From assembly GCA_036172245.1 (NCBI GenBank), contig JAYWIR010000024.1, positions 248,001 to 312,000 on the forward strand: a stretch of DNA of 64,000 nt, in the 5' to 3' direction. Every line of letters starts with the position of its first letter. The stretch's first letter is position 1. This DNA comes from Raillietiella orientalis (lineage: Eukaryota). The notes under the pieces were generated by a model. It made no database searches. It was not told where the DNA came from and saw nothing but the letters and a program-made list of their open reading frames with translations. The translations under genes and the position numbers were made by a program. Of this stretch, positions 60,501 through 64,000 are shown one piece after another.

Positions 60501-61899
60501 GTGCATTGTGAACTTGGCGCTGTCTTCTCCTTATCCCACTTCAATTGAAAGAATCACTTCACTCTGAGTCTTCTTATCAGCTGTACTGGTGGTGGGAATC
60601 AGCTGTCGGGTTTCGCATCTCGGCTTCCACCGACGTGCCTCGCATGAGGTTCGCCATACAGGATTCCGGCCCCACTGCTTCATTGTGTGACGAAAGCGAA
60701 ATTCGTGCGCCGGAGAACCTCACCTATTTGTCCGTCTCCGCGAATTCGGGATTAGGCGTTTTCTGATCTCAAGACTTCGGGTCCGAACAGGAGAAGATCC
60801 ACGTCTTTCTTCCGAAGAGAAAATCGAGATGGCCAGGCGAATTACGAGAGCCAACGGACTTTTATCCACTTAGGCTTCTTCGATGCGGGAAACTGGAGAG
60901 ATGCTGCCGTGGGAGGATCAGAATTTCTTAGTTGCAAGAGGAGGGTGCTTCTCCTTGCCGCCGGGAATCTCCGGGACTCTTCGTGCGAGAGGGACAGCGT
61001 GCACCCGTGGGCGGCTGCCCAGCGGACTGGTACGTTCACGAGGGAGGCCTCTGAATTGCCTCTGTGAAAGAGATCAAAGACATCACTCCCCAGAAGCTCC
61101 GGATTCCGAAGATGCGCAAAACCGCGCTCGGCAGCTCCCGTTTCACACCAGCAGAACAAAGGCCTCTGGCAAGAATTCTATTGTTGGTCATACAGGGAAG
61201 AAAGGAGAGGAGGAGGAAGAGGGAAATTGCTGCTTTCTTGTTTTGCGCCATTGTTTGCTCTGCGTTGAATTAGCCCAGTCACGGATCGGAATGACAAGTA
61301 AGCAAACATGTCGAGTCGGCGGCTACCAAGACGTGGATAACAGCCTCAATAATTCGCTTAAAAGCACCAGCCATTTTGGAGGAGCTCTCTAAAAGGGGGC
61401 TGTCGACAAAGGCTGCTTCGGTATTATCACTGGAGGTGCGTTCCCGTGACATTTAAATTACGGGTAAAACGAAACCTCTCTTCTCACCGAGTGGCGCTGG
61501 AGAACCCTGAAAGGGAGCGGGCGGAAGGGGAAGCTACCCTAGAAAGGATTCACGGGACGCCAAAACACCGGAGTTAGCACGTACCCCAGAGCGCGAAATA
61601 AAGAGGGGGGATGCTTGGAGCCGCGCGAAGCTTTTGAAATGCTCATCTTCAAACAAACTGCTTCCGCAGAGTCGGCAGAGCGCTGGAGAAATGAAAGACG
61701 AGAAGAGGGATGGGCTGTTTGGGCTCTTTCTGCAAGCGGTGGGGTCACGGACTAGGAGTTGCGGGTTACGACGAAAGCTGCATCTGTGTGGTGGATGAGG
61801 CAGAAGCGGTCGTCAAGGGATCCACCCTTCTTCCCAGGCCACGGGCCGCTTGTTCGTTCTTGCTCCTGGGAAGCGCAAGAGAGAGCGCGTAGCTGTCGA

Positions 61900-62520
61900 G
61901 GAATTTCCAAAGGAGGCGGGAATCTCCATGATCTTTTGGATACAATTTCAGACGCTTGCAAGGTCAAGGTTGGAGGAAGACACGAAGAGAAATCCAGAGA
62001 TCTAGTCGCGGTGTTCAGGAAGCGAAGAAAGGAATCGCAGTGTTCCTGAAGGATGCCGGGGGCGTAACATGCTCATGGTAAGGAGAGTACATGGAAGATC
62101 CTGGCCGGTAACCAATGGACTTCGGAGCTGAGTCGCCGCCACGCGATCGCCTCCTCACGGAAAGAGGGAACTGCGCCATTGTACTCGATGCCCTATGCTC
62201 AGAAAAGGCACAGCAGTAGCGTTGAAGAAGACCTAAGGACGGAGACGAGAGAGGTGTGGCAGCAGCACGCGCTTGCCCCATGCCCTCGGAGCGTCACTTC
62301 GTGCGGCCATCGTCGGCTCATCGGGACCCCGGGATCGCCGAAACGACGGCGCTTCGCAAGCGACATCGAGTTCGAGAAAGTACGCGAGCCGACGCTGTCG
62401 AACACCTTCCAGAGCCGGTGGGGCATCTACGGAGCGCAGCGGATGGGAGACGCCCTGAACCTATCGTGACCGAGTCACCGGAAGAAGAAGGCCCGGACCA
62501 GCTTCCGGATGCGTGCAGAG
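61900..62520 (-). mobile_element. Degenerate CR1-like RT relic
   Basis: WKVFDSV...LAKRRRFGDPG..W, then SAPKSIGYRPGSSMYSP (GVPQGSxLGP-like), then IPFFAS (LFADD-like). Confidence 0.5.
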
Positions 62521-62899
62521 GCGAAGGAAACAGATTTGGGCAGATGGCGAGAAGTAGCGGTACCGAGATGAAGGCCTGAGGGTTTGAATCCCGGCTCCAA
62601 CTCTTCCTACTGAGCCCCCGCCTCAGCAATGTTGCCGGCTCACGTGGTGGCGAGATCGGAGCAAGGAAGATTGGCTCCATGGCGACGGAGCTCCGAAACC
62701 GAAAAAAAGACCGCAAAGATGGACTCGTCCTTCAATGTCCTCCTTAACGAGGGAATGCCAGACACACGCTCGCTCCTGAACATCAGTCGTGAGCCAGTCC
62801 TTTTTCCCGCAACGATGGCGCCGGACGGAGCGAGGAAGCGGTGGAAATCGTGGAGAGTTCCTCCTCATTTCTTCTTTCTTACTCCCAAAAGAATCAGAT

Positions 62900-64000
62900 G
62901 TTGAAGGTCCAGTTTTTATTCTTACATGCACTCCCCCCCTTCCCTTGTTTCCTTTTCTTTTCGGCGGTTCCCGACGCGACGCTATCCTTTTGGGGGTAGC
63001 CGGGCACAGTAATCTGGAAACTGTGAACCTCATCAATGGAGAGAAGGGGAGGAGGCTTTTTGCGGGTTTTCATTGCCCTCGCTTGCCATGGGTTTCTCCG
63101 TCCTCGTTCACACGTAATTCGACACGGAGTTGGACGTTGCAGATGCTGCTACAGAGATGAAAGCTTTTTTTCCTGGGCATGCCGGGTGGAAAAGTACAGA
63201 GAATGATGGTGGTGCGATCACGGGCTGCTGAAGATGAAAAGCTTATCGTTACCCATGGACAGTTCATGAGAGGAGTCGGAGCAGCAGTACGATGAGAACC
63301 AGCATCAGTGTTCACTTCGTCGGAGAATTGCAAAATCAGAACGAAAGTGGATACAGATGCAACATCCGTTTACAGTGCCTGTCATTCGGGAAAACAAAAA
63401 CAAAGAGTTTGTAGTTCGTGGGGTGTACCTTTAATAAACAAGATGCAGCAACAACGTCAATGACGGCACATCCTCCGTATCTGAATATCTTTCATGGCAT
63501 CATGGAAATGGATTCTGCCTCAGTCAATGATTTCTTAAATGCCTAATGTTGCACGTGGCCAGTTTTGCAGCAGCTGGTAATGCTGCAGATCTTGAACGTC
63601 TTTGCTAACAGAATAACTGAATCAAAGATTCTCGGATCGCTGCTGCCATCAGACTTTTTGACTCCCATCGGACTTGTGTTTCTACTACTGCTCTTGTCAC
63701 TGAAAAGGTGTAGATGGCTGCTGCGCAGAGCAAGAAGCGCAACATCGAAAGCAGGCCCTACGCGGCTGCTGCTTATCACATCTGTCTTATCGCGCAATGG
63801 TCAGCACGCGGTGACTAGTCAACATTTAACAAAAGTTCATTCCATTCGTGCACTAATACAAATGATAGCACCCATCGGTCTTGCATTCGTGAAGAAGCCT
63901 TACGATGTGCATTTCATCAGACAGTGGAGCAGTAGCAACCGTGGAGGAGTTGGCAGCCTCAGAGGATGAGAACGATTTTCTGAATTTACACCCCAACTCC
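62900..64000 (+). mobile_element. Degenerate L1/Tx1 RT relic (runs off the window)
   Basis: EMKAFF (about 63155), MRGVG (about 63268), RLLLITSVLS and RGGVG near the window end. Confidence 0.5.

Noticed and set aside
1..64000. Prokaryotic features, CRISPR arrays, rRNA or intact tRNA genes, LTR or DNA transposons
   Set aside because: The window has spliceosomal gene structure, and I recognised no operons, repeat-spacer arrays, cloverleafs, LTR pairs, or integrase/transposase motifs.

Overview
This is animal (non-vertebrate) nuclear genomic DNA, not prokaryotic. The one well-supported gene is a + strand, five-exon PRD-class Q50 homeobox gene of the homeobrain (hbn) family. Its predicted CDS is join(4656..4797,9774..9991,11510..11612,11850..12071,12162..12418), about 313 aa. 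It has an N-terminal eh1/octapeptide (HSIDRILG), the PRD-class intron between homeodomain codons 46 and 47, a CCAAT/GC-box CpG-rich promoter and an AATAAA at 12496. A second CpG-rich island (about 48.1-52.3 kb) holds a probable orphan terminal coding exon on the - strand (52035..51857), so a convergent neighbouring gene may start beyond the window. Most of the rest is very degenerate non-LTR retrotransposon relics in both orientations: mostly L1/Tx1-like APE endonuclease, RT and CCHC ORF1 fragments, plus a few CR1/L2-like ones. Short TE-free islands rich in homeodomain (TAAT), Otx-type (TAATCC), Fox and TCF-like motifs interrupt them and look like enhancers. Nearly all ORFs in the six-frame track are spurious or TE remnants. 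I found no clear new biological system; the best leads are the orphan exon, the divergent hbn protein with a second eh1-like motif, and the sequence-evolution signals. Relic boundaries are approximate and all motif calls were made by eye.
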